A stretch of 64,000 nt of DNA from NCBI RefSeq assembly GCF_963506605.1, contig NC_083282.1, forward strand, positions 60,016,001 to 60,080,000. Reading direction: 5' to 3'. Under the pieces are notes generated by a model. It worked only from the letters and a program-made list of their open reading frames with translations. It searched no databases and had not been told where the DNA came from. The translations under genes and the position numbers were made by a program. Below, piece by piece: positions 50,710 to 62,478 of the stretch. Within the stretch, counting starts at the first letter, position 1. The number at the start of each line of letters is the position of its first letter. This DNA is from Zootoca vivipara (taxonomy: Eukaryota).

Positions 50710-51919
50710 CTCTAGTGAGCATCAACCTGAAACTCATTGATGTGCCAATTAATTCCCATGCCAATTGTTCTTTACAATAGTTAGTAACATCTATGTCACC
50801 CTTCCTGATCCTGATGTTTGGGACAACTCCCTCCAACTACAGCTGTGCCTGCAAGGTAACTTGTAAGAGTACTCAGGTTCAAGTGTATCTATAGGATTCT
50901 CATGAGATTGCTCCCAGGGCACAGATCCGGAAAAAAGAGCACCCACCCTCCTTGAAATTCAAATTTCAGAAGCCCCTTCAACAAGTTGTAAGATCTTTTT
51001 TTATTTTAAATAAAGTGTAAAGTTCATTTCACTGAAGCAGGCACTTAGTGATTAGGCATAAGGACGCATTTCTTTTATGGTCTGCAAGGCATTAAATTTA
51101 GATGATTAAAGTGCTTTGAGTGTTTGTGTGTGTTTGTTTTGCATTATTTATACTTTGGATGGTTGTTATGCGCCATGTGCCAAATACAGATAGAACTTTG
51201 AAAATCTAAGTGAATAAAATATAAGCAGTTCTGGAATTAATACTTTTGGTGGTGGAGGAGGGAATCTATATTTCAGGGTCTGCTTACAAAGGCACAATCC
51301 TTAAGTGAAGAGTTTCAAGACTCAGGAGGTCTGGGGTACTGGTGCCTGAGGGCCTGTAGGGTTCAGCAGAAGCCCCACTATGCTGATGGAAGGCAAGATA
51401 CAGCACAAAAACACGCTGGCAGAACACCATGGGTTCTCAGGATGAAGAGCCAAACCAAAAGGACCGTTTGGTCCATGCAGGGGCCTTACTATTGGTCCAT
51501 GCTGCCCTCCTTCTGATTGGCACAGGTGTGCCTACATGTAGGGTGCCATTTGCCACCTTTTCTAATGCAGGATTGTACCGTGGATTCAAACCTGGGTTCC
51601 CTTGCATATATAGAATGAATTGTTCATTCCTGTCCAATGTTGTGGCTAAGTAGTTAGGAAACTGCTCTATAGAGCTTCAGGTCCTGGGAGCCCTTTCTCT
51701 TTTGAACCTGACATATTTCTTGCCAGGCATGCGAGAGGAGAGCCAGGCTGTATTTATTCCCTTCCCCCTGGTGAGGCTCGGTCTCCAATCTCCTGCTTCC
51801 TAACCCCTTGCCCTTTGCAGGGAGACCACAGAGGCGCCTATCCTGCAGCCACTCTCATTGCATATTCCAGCCCATCTTCTTGACTGCTTGTCCCATAAAG
51901 CCTTTTTCTACCATGGGTA

Positions 51920-52020
51920 GCTTCCTGCAGCCAATCGGAAGCCGTGCTTTGGTTTTTGAACGTTTTGGAAGTCAAACAGACTTCTGGAACGGATTCCGTT
52001 CGACTTCCAAGGTACGGCTG
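51920..52020. mobile_element. Tc1/mariner MITE half
   Basis: cttcctgcagccaatcggaagcc...gacttccaaggtacggctg|TA. Confidence 0.8.
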
Positions 52021-52562
52021 TACAGGATTGTAATCCTAAAAATTCCTACTTGGGGCTTCTATTTGGATAAATATGCCTAGGACTGGGCTGTAAACGGGAC
52101 TCTGGCACTTTTGCACACCTCCACTGAAGCCTCAATCTCATGCGCATGACACTTGAGCAACATTCTGGCACTTAAAGAGCTCTGCTTTTATGGTTCCAGT
52201 TAGAATTAAATCCCTGGCAGATAATGGTCTTAAGACACTGGAACGCATTATGAATTCCAGTTTGGGCTGGCCCCACTTGGATTTTATTCACTAGTGTTGG
52301 TGGTAGTCATCTTTTGGATGTAAAGAAAGCTTTTGTATCCCGAAGCTCTTCATACCATTTTGACTCTTCCATGACCTCTCTCTATCTCACACACAGAGAA
52401 CTGCAGTTGCTATTATTTATTCACGTGTGACATGAACTTTCTTCTTCTTCTTTTCATAGCCCTGTTGAACAATTCCAGCGCTTTATTTAAAGACATCCCA
52501 ATGCTTCATTACTAATCCATTAGAACAAAAAACTAGGGCATCTGATAGAAGCATCTGCTGGT

Positions 52563-52582
52563 GGGCAAGCCCAAGCATGTCA
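52563..52582. promoter_or_regulatory. Candidate p53 response element in INKA2 intron 1
   Basis: GGGCAAGCCC AAGCATGTCA: two abutting RRRCWWGYYY half-sites, zero spacer, 19/20 consensus. Confidence 0.7.
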
Positions 52583-54763
52583 CGGCAAGAAACACTTGTG
52601 CCTGAGCCGTGGGGTGGAGGAAGGGCAGAATGTCAGTATGAGGTGCTCAGTATCACACTCGTCAATCTCTGCTCAAAGGGCCGTTTACATCTAAGAGGTA
52701 ACAACTCTGATCTCTTCTCTTTTTTGGAAGCAGTGCAGTCTAGTAATTAAGGTATTATATGTGGATCTGGGAGATAGGAACTTAAGCCACAGCTCCGCCC
52801 CACTTTATCACTAGGTGACAACATTTGTTTAGTCTGTTAGGTGGTAATATGCTGCCGGGCGGGGGGGGGGGGGGGAGGCGTGCTACCTTACAGGATAGCT
52901 GCGAAAGTGGCTAAGAAAAGGGGGTTGTAAAACAATACGCAGATTAGAAGAGTTGCAGAAGTAACATTCTTCTTACATTTCTAAAGAAAATGTGCAGGAT
53001 TTTGCAAAGCAGCTTGGCTATGTCCTTAAGGGGAAAGTCTGGGTAGAAAAAAAAACCTCTAGCTGACTGGCCTCCCTCCAGCACCATAAATTAGATTAAG
53101 TGTCTGTGGATGGAACAGGCAGTGACAAGACAGGGAAGGAACTGGAAATGATTGGATGGGAGTCAGAATGTGCTCCGAGGTATAGCGATGGGTCTCCACT
53201 GCCAAGGTAGAAGGAGGGATACATGACAAAGCTCTTTGCATCTCATCCCTTGAGCATCATCACCTTTACACTGAATTTTACCAGGATTCCAGTTTTCTTT
53301 TATTTGAACGCACAAATACGGGCCTGTGCAAATCTTTCAGAGTCAGTAATGGAGGGATTCGGCTGTAAAATGGAAACACGGTCTAGTTGCACAGTTGGGG
53401 AGACTCAGGTTCGAATTGTGTGAACTTTGCTATGGGTTCTCAGTTTTCAGTCTGTAAAATGGGAACGACAATAATGGCAGCAGCTATCTGGCGTAGCTGG
53501 TGTAGCTGGTGGGATGGGTAATGGACCTCAGATATTTCCAGAATGCCAGGCTCACATTCTATAGATAGAAATTTTATGTGAGGCTCAGCATTTCCTTTTA
53601 GGACACTGAACAAGTGGCGTTCGGCATCTTCCAGAACTAGATGTCGCTACTTTGCATGAAAATTAAAACGCTCCAGCAGGGCTATTAGCAAAACTGTACA
53701 ATACTGTACCAAATACTGTACCAAACAAAAACGGAAGCTTAGGAGAGAAAGCCAATGGGAAATGATTGCCTTGTGGTATGCGTCTGTCTCTGAAGATTTG
53801 TAGGCACTCCTATAATTAAAAGAAGTGGCAGGCAACCAGAATGCCTGGAGAGATGATACAGCCACATCTGTGCTCTGGGGGGGGGGGATGTTTCAGAGCA
53901 GGGCTACCAGAGGAGAAAAATTGATGAGTTAGTAGGGAAGGAGCCCCTGGGTAAACCTGCCTGACAGGTCCAGGTTAGGAAGGAGAAAATGAATGGAGGT
54001 ACACAGTTAGGTCTTGGGAGAATGCAGTTTTGATGTGGATGTGTGAGGCTTTCTATCCAGTTAGATGCTCACACTAACAGTGCAAGAACGTGGGGAAGGA
54101 AGACAGTAACAGGTTGTGATGCGATGCCAGTTTATAATCCCTTTCAGGGCTCATGATAAAGGGCTCGGTGTCTGAACTGATTACAAAGTTCACCGCTCCC
54201 TGTCACAGTTAAACAAACAGAAGGCGATGCCTTTGCAGGAAGAGCGAAGGAGTGAGGGGGGTGGGCTGTCGGTGCCAGCGCTCCCAGCCAGAAAAGAGAA
54301 GAGGTTCCTTCTTTCGTGCTGAGCGTAAGACACAAACACACATAGAGGGAAGGGTTAAACACACATTGCTGCCAATGGGATTTAGCCAGCGTGTCAGCGG
54401 GAAAAGCTAAACTGTGCAAACAGATTTGGAAACCACTTTCCGTGATGGAGTCGTGGGGGGTGGGAGAGGACTAAGGAGTCTTCCTCTTTATCCCATCTCA
54501 TCCCAGGGGCTTGGAAGGAAACAAAAAAATCCCCCACGGGGAAATTGGAGGCCACACAGCTGCAAAGGAAGGACACGGCGAGAGCTCTAAACAAAGCCCG
54601 GGAAATAAGCGCTCTGCAGGAAGGAGAGCGAGAGAGAGGCAACATTCATTGACTGACACCCCCTAGCTGGGAAGTTGCAAACGGAGCAGGAGACCGAGCT
54701 TGCAACGCATGGATTTCCTCCTACCCAATCCCCCAGTCCCTTCTTTTCCCGGGCATTCCTTAC

Positions 54764-54832
54764 CAACTCCTGCTTCAGACGGCGTAGGTAATGATCCATG
54801 TTTTTCTTTTCCATTCTCACATCCAAGTCCAT
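54764..54832 (-). CDS. INKA2: INKA2 coding exon 1 (MDLDVRMEKKNMDHYLRRLKQEL); the real start may be the second ATG at 54814
   Basis: Matches recalled human N-terminus M..ESREMDCYLRRLKQEL. Donor TTG|GTAAGG at 54763. Phase 0 joins exon 2 in frame, giving 371 aa (365 aa from ATG 54814). Confidence 0.93.
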
Positions 54833-54889
54833 CGGGTAGCTCCGGAGTAATTCAGCTGCTGCAGGGATTCCGGGTCTTCCACCATCCAA

Positions 54890-55490
54890 GTCCGGCCAGG
54901 CAATCTTGAGAGGTGTTTTCCTCGCCAGCGCCAACTAATCCAGTGGCTCCTTTAAATGCCCATTTGTCACTTCAGCTCTGGATAAGAATATCGCTCTCTC
55001 CAAAAGAAGAAGGTTGGAAGTTTGCCTTCTCTTGTTGTTCACTTCTCCTAGGGCGCCAAGGAAAACCAGAAGCCCGATCTCCGCTTAGGAAAGAGATAAA
55101 ATGTTGAAATGGCACATGCACAGGCTTGCAGCGCGCGGAAAGCCTGCAAACGGGCTGCAAACAGGCGTGCGCCCCGCGCGCAGTTACTCTTTGCAGAAGC
55201 TGGCAAGAGAACGTGCTCGGTGCGCGAGCAGCGGAGAAGCAGCAGCAAACTGTAGAGGCAGGAGAGATCTCGACGTTGCTGGTGATTGGCAGCTCGGAGC
55301 AGCTTCAGCAGCAGGCGGCAGAGGCGAGGCTTAAGGAGAGAGCCGGCTCCCAAGTTCGCGAGGGTGTCTTCTCTGTCTGCGCACCGGTAGGGAGGTCCCG
55401 CCCCAGGGGGGTGGGCCTGGCTTCTCAAGTCAGCGCAACGACAGACCCTCTGAGCTGCCTGCTTTGCTCCAGTGCGTTCCCGCTCTGCAT
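54890..55490 (-). promoter_or_regulatory. CpG-rich promoter / 5' UTR region of INKA2
   Basis: Marked local CpG enrichment (55120-55490) in a CpG-poor window. GC box GGGGCGGG (55397-55404, minus) and CCAAT (55285-55289, minus) upstream of exon 1. Confidence 0.7.
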
Positions 55491-55492
55491 GT

Positions 55493-56394
55493 CAGAACGT
55501 AAGAAGAGCCTGCTGGATCATCAGGCCAAGCAATGGGCCATTTAGTTCAGCATCCTGTTCTCCCCTTCTCTCACCTAGCAGATGTTTGCCTTGTCCTCCA
55601 TTCATTTGTCTAAACCTCTTTTGAAGCCACCCAAATTGGTGGCCATCCCTGCCTCCTGTGGGAGAGAGTTCCATTGTTCCTCTGTGCGCTGTCTGGCGAG
55701 AACCTTCCATTATCCCGCTTTGTTGGATAAAACAAGTTCTAGTTTTATGAGAAAGGGAGAAAAACTTTTCTCTATTCACTTTATCTAATGTTGAGCATTA
55801 TTTTGTAATCTATCATGTCACCTCTTTGTCGCCTTTTCTCTAAACCAGGGGTCAGCAAACTTTTTCAGCAGGGGAACGGTCCACTGTCCCTCAGACCTTG
55901 TGGGGGGCCGGACTATATTTTGAAAAAAATATATGAATGAATTCCTATGCCCCACAAATAAATCAGAGATGCATTTTAAATAAAAGGAGACATTCCACTC
56001 ATGTAAAAACACCAGACAGGCCCCACAAATAACCCAGAGATGCATTTTAAATAAAAGAACACATTCTACTCATGTAAAAACATGCTGATTCCCGGACCGT
56101 CCGCGGGCTGGATTTAGAAGGCGACTGGGCTGCATCTGGCCCCCGGGCCTCGAACGCCACAACCTTTCTTCATAGGGAAATTTATTGTTTATTTGATTAT
56201 TTACATGCTACTTTTGAGGCAGACCTCACAAAGCAGTTTACATAAGATTATTGCAACAGTAAGCACCACTTTTTTTAAAAAAAGTTACAATAAAACAGAT
56301 AAGACAACTTGTTTGTTTAGAAAAAGCCACTACCGTAGTGCTGATTCTCCCCTCCCCTCAGGGCAGGTCTTTCAAGACACCCTACTGGTGGCAG

Positions 56395-56428
<34 letters not shown>

Positions 56429-56590
56429 TGCAATGGGAGGTGGATGGACGGTGACAGTCCCTCAAGCTTCTTTCTTCTCTCCGTGATCTTTTTAGTGGCC
56501 CTTTTATGAACCTTTTCCAACTCTATGTTATCCTATTTGAGGTGAGATGACCAGAACCGTACACAGTATCCCTAATGTGGTTGCACCATA
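55493..56590 (-). mobile_element. Old CR1 LINE fragment interrupted by younger inserts
   Basis: Minus-strand remnant reads GYCVRFWSSHLK*DNIELEKVHKRATK (56480-56590); CR1-like 3' end near 55495. Confidence 0.7.
55846..56150. mobile_element. OposCharlie1-like hAT MITE, one end lost, with an internal ~65-70-bp tandem duplication
   Basis: Homologous to 5913-6162; gccccacaaataa..cagagatgcattttaaataaaag..cattc.actcatgtaaaaaca occurs twice. Confidence 0.85.
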
Positions 56591-56691
56591 TATTCGTTTG
56601 TCTGTGTCTCTTCCTTTCTGTTAAAAAGCTATTTAATGTTAGATAGTTAAACTTAAAACTATTTATTTAACAAACCAACAAAGGGGGGGAC

Positions 56692-56693
<2 letters not shown>

Positions 56694-56748
<55 letters not shown>
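56694..56748 (+). repeat. (TA)n microsatellite
   Basis: Direct tandem repeat. Confidence 0.95.
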
Positions 56749-56752
<4 letters not shown>

Positions 56753-56811
56753 TATATCATGCAGTACATTATACTTTCAGATTTGACAGAGATCATAGAA
56801 TAATGTCTGTA

Positions 56812-56995
56812 CAGTGGTACCTCGGAAGTTGAATGGAATCCATTATGGAAGTTCATTAACTTCCAAAACATTCGAAAACCAAGATGCGGCTTCTGATTGG
56901 CTGCAGGAAGCTCCGGAACACTCACTTCCGGGTTTGCGGCGTTTGGGAGCCAAAACGTTCGACTCTCAAGGCGTTCGGGATCCAAGTTACAACTG
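56812..56995. mobile_element. Tc1/mariner MITE
   Basis: TA|CAGTGGTACCTCGGAAGT ... CCAAGTTACAACTG|TA. Confidence 0.85.
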
Positions 56996-59501
56996 TATAA
57001 AACTTTCTTCTTCGTCACCCCATCAGGTCATTGCCACAGTGAGACATGGTATGTGTGGAGAGAGCTACCTATCATAGCCGCATATGTCTGTTCACCCATT
57101 AACTAAATCCACACTGTTGGCCCACAAAATCACCCCCATAGTCTGCCATCTCAGTGCTCGAACTTGCTTGGTGGGCTTCTCGGCTAGTGCATAATTCCAA
57201 GCATAGTTGCACCACTATTGCATCATGAATCCATCCTTCCAATATTTTGTTATTAGCCCACTTGCTTCTCTATTCCACATGGAACAAGGTTGGGTGCCTT
57301 ACATAGGCAGGGCCAACACTTGGCATGCACTGCAGCTTCAAGTGACGACTTGTGCATGTGTTAGGAGAACCAGGTTGCAGGACAGGCCTACCCATGTTAG
57401 GGCATCTGCAACACCTTAAAGCTGAACTGAAAATAGGAACACTCTTGGGTGTTTGTGTTCCTTCGTTGGTGGAAAAAATAAAAAAGTACCAGAGGGCAGA
57501 ACCAAGGGGATAGAACATATTTTGGTTTGGTTTGGGAGACTGAGTTAATTAGTGGCTATCTTCCACTAGTTATTAGCAGGGCTGTATGTACTTTGCACAC
57601 AAACACACACACACACACACACACACTCCAAACTTTGAGCCAAACAATCAAAAATTCCTTCCTTCTGCTTCCAAGTGGTTTTCAAACACTTGGATTGTGG
57701 GACTGGAAGAGCAAAGGGTAATAGGAGCACGGGTCTTGGTAAAACAGCAGTGGGAGACAGGCAAATACCAGCCTGTGGCTATGGGAGCCCTGCTTAGGTA
57801 CCGGAGTTGTCATAACACGCACCATCCTCGTGTTCTCAAGTTTTGTTGTTCCTATTGAGAAGACTTGATTTTAAAAATATATCTATAAATAGGTTTGGAC
57901 ATGCATGGGCACCATGTAATTCCTCATCACTCAGTTGATCAGCCTTTCATGGATCTGATGAAGTGCACTTGAGCCCATCAAAGCTTATGTCATAACAAAT
58001 CTGTTAGTCTTTAAGGTGCCACAATATTTTTTTGTTTTTTAAGCTGCAAAGGACAAACAGGGCTACTTTTCTGGAAATTGCTCGACCCTTGCTCACTTGT
58101 AGCTTAACGCATGAGCAGGCAACTGTTGATCTGGCAGAAGGAAGAAAAACAGGCCACTGTTTGAGGCAACATGAAGTGATTAGGTGCAAGGCCTGTGTAA
58201 TCTACAGTAGCTGATCACAGAGCAGCCCAGATTACTATTTTACCAAGACATTTTTACTTAGAATTTTACTTAGACATTTTTACATAGAATTTTCTCTGGG
58301 AATTTCCCATTCCCCTCACTGCAACTCTTATTCAAGTTTGCACTCCACATACCCCAAGGGCTGGAGACATTTTTTTGAGAGGTCTGCCTTTTTATGATCT
58401 GTTAAGTGAGGGAGAGAAGCACACACACACCACGCCGCCCGCCCGCCCAACCACCCTTCTAGCAAGTGTTTTCTTTACCAGCTGCTTCCAAACAGGAGCA
58501 TGCTGAGTGAAAGCCTTCTCTCCCTGGGTCATGGAAAAATAGATTTTGATATCCAAGCTGTCTCTTTGGCCCTTTCCTCTTAAATCTTAACAGCAACGAT
58601 AACTCATTGATTTACAGCATGATATACTCTGCAGAGACTGTTGCCACAGTTGAACAATATTCAATCATTGGTGCTTCAGTGGAAGGTAATATTTGTTTTC
58701 GGGTACTCTGTAAATCTCTCCCCCCCCCCGATATATGGAGTTCATTGCAAGATGGATAGGGCAGAACAAGAGAACAGTTGCAATTTCATAAATCACAAGG
58801 CGTGTGATCCAGTGGAAAACAACCTTTAATCATTTTTTGTTGAAATAGTTTTAAAACATCACGAGCCAGATGCAAGATTCCATATGTGAAAATTAACACA
58901 CATGAATCATTGCAGCCATAATCTAATGTTTAACTTTGCCCATAAATCTCTCCAGTGTCCCTTTTGGTGGGAAGAAACCCAGTGATGATTAACATACAAA
59001 AGGAAAAGTTCAGTACTACCGGTAGTAGGCAAGCTAATAGGCACTGCTCTTGAGAAGGTCTACCTTTGAGAAGCAGCACCTGGGAATTTTCATACATGGT
59101 TTTATTTCTCAAGGGCATGCAATTTCTTTCATTGCCTTCATCTGGCCAACATATGGATTATGTTCCTGCTAATATTACCGTGTTTCAAAGAAGCAGCTGC
59201 TCTTTGAAACAGCTCTGTAGTTTATAGAGGGGATAAGAGAGAATGCTGGCACAGACACCACCAAGAGATGGTATAAAAGGGTAAATTTCCCACCTTTCAG
59301 AGTAGTGAGCTTTTTACGCATGCAAGTTCTGTAATAGCATGTTTACACGAGGGACATGCACTGAAAGATTCTGAAAATGTTTTAACCAGTAACATTTCCA
59401 AGCCTCTGAGTAATATATGTTTAAATTTGTGCTGGGTGAAGTCATATCTTGCATAAAGGGCAGTCTGCAGAAAAGTGTGCTAGCCTCCATGCATGTGAAT
59501 T

Positions 59502-59543
<42 letters not shown>

Positions 59544-59559
59544 GATAGATAGATAGATA
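59502..59559 (+). repeat. (GATA)n microsatellite
   Basis: Direct tandem repeat. Confidence 0.95.
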
Positions 59560-61215
59560 ATGTTACTATGAATGCTTTTCATGAGTCTGTACCTTTTTGT
59601 CTCTTAACTTGAACTTGTGAATATGATACTGTGTAAGCTTGCGAGCTCTGCAAGTAAGAAAGCAACACATATATAAATATTAAAAGGATTGACTCAATGC
59701 CTTCCTATATTTGCTGCTGGTGCGTTACGATAGCTTACAAATTGGTGGAATGGGGAACATTTAAACTGGCAAAGACTCAATGCATGCAGAATGTCCCAGG
59801 TTCAATTCTTAGCATCTCCAGGAAGGGCTGGGAAAGAATCTTGTCTGTAACCCTTGGAAGCCTCTCTCTCTGGCTGTTATATTTTGCTTGGAGCAAAGAG
59901 TTACATATTCCACATAGAAGACAGCCCTGTCCTAACCTTCCAGTATATTAACATATGATTTCTTATCATTTATTAATTCCAAAAATATACCTTCCGTGCT
60001 AGTGATGTATAAAAATCTGGAGAGAGTTTTAAGGAAACCTCACCATTGTGCTATTCATGAACTGCCCAAGAAGCAATATATAAGCACCAGTTTCCAAATT
60101 CAAGCAATAAGCCTTTATTATAGGAATGTGGCTATTTAATAAATAAATGGCGCTCCAGTGTTTTCCAGTTTCTGTTAACAGATGCAGCCTGAAACATGGA
60201 AGTTTTCCCAATGAACTCAGTGACACCTACTTGCAATTACATGTACAGTACTTGGCCTGATACCTTCATTGTGACACTATTTAAAATGGAGTCCAAACTC
60301 CAAAACCTTATACCGACACTTCCCCTTGGCTCCTGCTTAATTCATCACTAATCTTTTCACACCACCCCTTTATCTCATTTTTTTAGCCATCTTGCTGTTC
60401 TTTTTATTTATTTTTAGAATTTCCATTGTCTAATCGATTAAAAAGAAGGCAAGAAACCAAATCTCTTGATTGCAGAAGACTTTGTATAACTCTGAGCTGT
60501 AAGCTTCATATATCACTGAAAGGATCTTTTTTTAAAAAAAAACAAAAAACAAAAAGTCCCCTAGGGTTCCTTCCACCTTGCAAGTGGGAGATTTGCCAGT
60601 CTCAACTGTTGTCTAAAAATCTAAGCCAAGAAGCCACGGCCTCACTGCACACTTTTATCGTGAAATCTGTCTGCGTCTTCTTGGCCAGCTGGACTCTCCC
60701 TATAGACTGTACAGATTAGGATATATATTTTCCTGGCTTTGCAAGGCTATCAAATGTCACATGGTAGCTTTGAAAAGCCACTTGCTTTCAGAAGACGTGC
60801 ACACATCATGGCATTATATTAAGTAGATGAATGGAAAAATCTGTTTTCTGGCAGTTAATCATGGTACAGGTTTCCAAGACTGAAACCAATAGTGTTAAAA
60901 AGACTGAAGCCACCATCGTACCAATATTTTGTGTCGGAGGGTGACTTTGTATGCATGCATGCATGCATGGCTATGTGTTCTATTTTACAGACCTCAGTTT
61001 GAAGGCATCTCTATATCTGAAGGGCTGTTTGGTCAAAGGCCAGTTTAAAGATAAAGAACTAGAGAACTATCAAGCAGGGGCCACATGGTTACCCATAAAC
61101 CTGGACAGCAAAGGAGCTAAAGTCACTCTGCCACTATGTTGGAGATGCATTGTGTTTCTATTTAAATAATGGCATATCTACATCCTCTTTTGTCCTATTT
61201 TTTGGTGATACTGTT

Positions 61216-62478
61216 ATAGAATCATAGAATCATAGAGTTGGAAGAGACCACAAGGGCCATCCAGTCCAACCCCCTGCCAAGCAGGAAACACCATCAAAGC
61301 ATTCTTGACATATGGCTGTCAACCCTCTGCTTAAAGACCTCCAAAGAAGGAGACTCCACCACGCTCCTTGGTAGCAAATTCCACTGCCGAACAGCTCTTA
61401 CTGTCAGGAAGTTCTTCCTAATGTTTTGGTGGAATCTTCTTTCTTGAAGTTTGAATCCATTGCTCCGTGTCCGCTTCTCTGGAGCAGCAGAAAACAATCT
61501 TTCTCCCTCCTCCATATGACATCCTTTCATATATTTGAACATGGCTATCATATCACCCCTTAACCTTCTCTTCTCCAGGCTAAACATACCCAGCTCCCTA
61601 AGCCGTTCCTCATAAGGCATCGTTTCCAGGACTTTGACCATTTTGGTTGCCCTCTTCTGGACACGTTCCAGCTTGTCAGTATCCTTCTTGAACTGTGGTG
61701 CCCAGAACTGGACACAGTACTCCAGGTGAGGTCTGACCAGAGCAGAAAACAGTGGTACTATTACTTCCCTAGATCTAGATGCTATACTCCTATTGATGCA
61801 GCCCAGAATTGCATTGGCTTTTTTAGCTGCTGCATCACACTGCTGACTCATGTCAAGTCTGTGGTCTACCAAGACTCCTAGGTCCTTTTCACATGTACTG
61901 CTCTCAAGCCAGGTGTCACCCATCCTGTATTTGTGCCTTTCATTTTTTTTGCCCAAGTGTAGTACCTTACATTTCTCCTTGTTAAAATTCATCTTGTTTG
62001 CTTTGGCCCAGTTGTCTAATCTATTAAGGTCATTCTGAAGTGTGATCCTGTCCTCTGGGGTATTAGCCACCCCTCCCAATTTGGTGTCGTCTGCAAACTT
62101 GCTCAGGATGCCCTCAAGCCCATCATCCAAGTCATTGATAAAGATGTTGAATAAGACTGGGCCCAAGACAGAACCCTGTGGCACCCCACTAGTCACTACT
62201 CTCCAGGATGAGGAGGAGCCATTGATGAGCACCCTTTGGGTTCGGTCAGTAAGCCAGTTACAAATCCACTGAATGGTAGCATTGTCTAGCCTGCATTTTA
62301 CCAGCTTATTTACAAGAATATCATGGGGCACCTTGTCAAAGGCCTTGCTGAAATCAAGATAGGCTACATCCACAGCGTTCCCTTCATCTACCAGGCTTGT
62401 AATTCTATCAAAAAATGAGATCAGATTAGTCTGACATGACTTATTTTTCAGAAACCCATGCTGATTTTTAGTGATCAC
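61216..62478 (-). mobile_element. Young CR1 LINE, 5'-truncated, open RT ORF
   Basis: 394-aa uninterrupted ORF 61294-62478 with [28 protein letters not shown]; (ATTCTATG)n tail. Confidence 0.96.

Larger units (their letters stand above)
26650..54763 (-). other. INKA2: INKA2 intron, 28114 bp, GT-AG, phase 0
   Basis: Canonical donor and acceptor join the two coding exons in frame. Confidence 0.9.

Noticed and set aside
54587-54934. 115-aa single-exon ORF or N-terminal extension of INKA2
   Set aside because: Starts at TTG and reads through the splice donor; only 54764-54832 matches INKA2.
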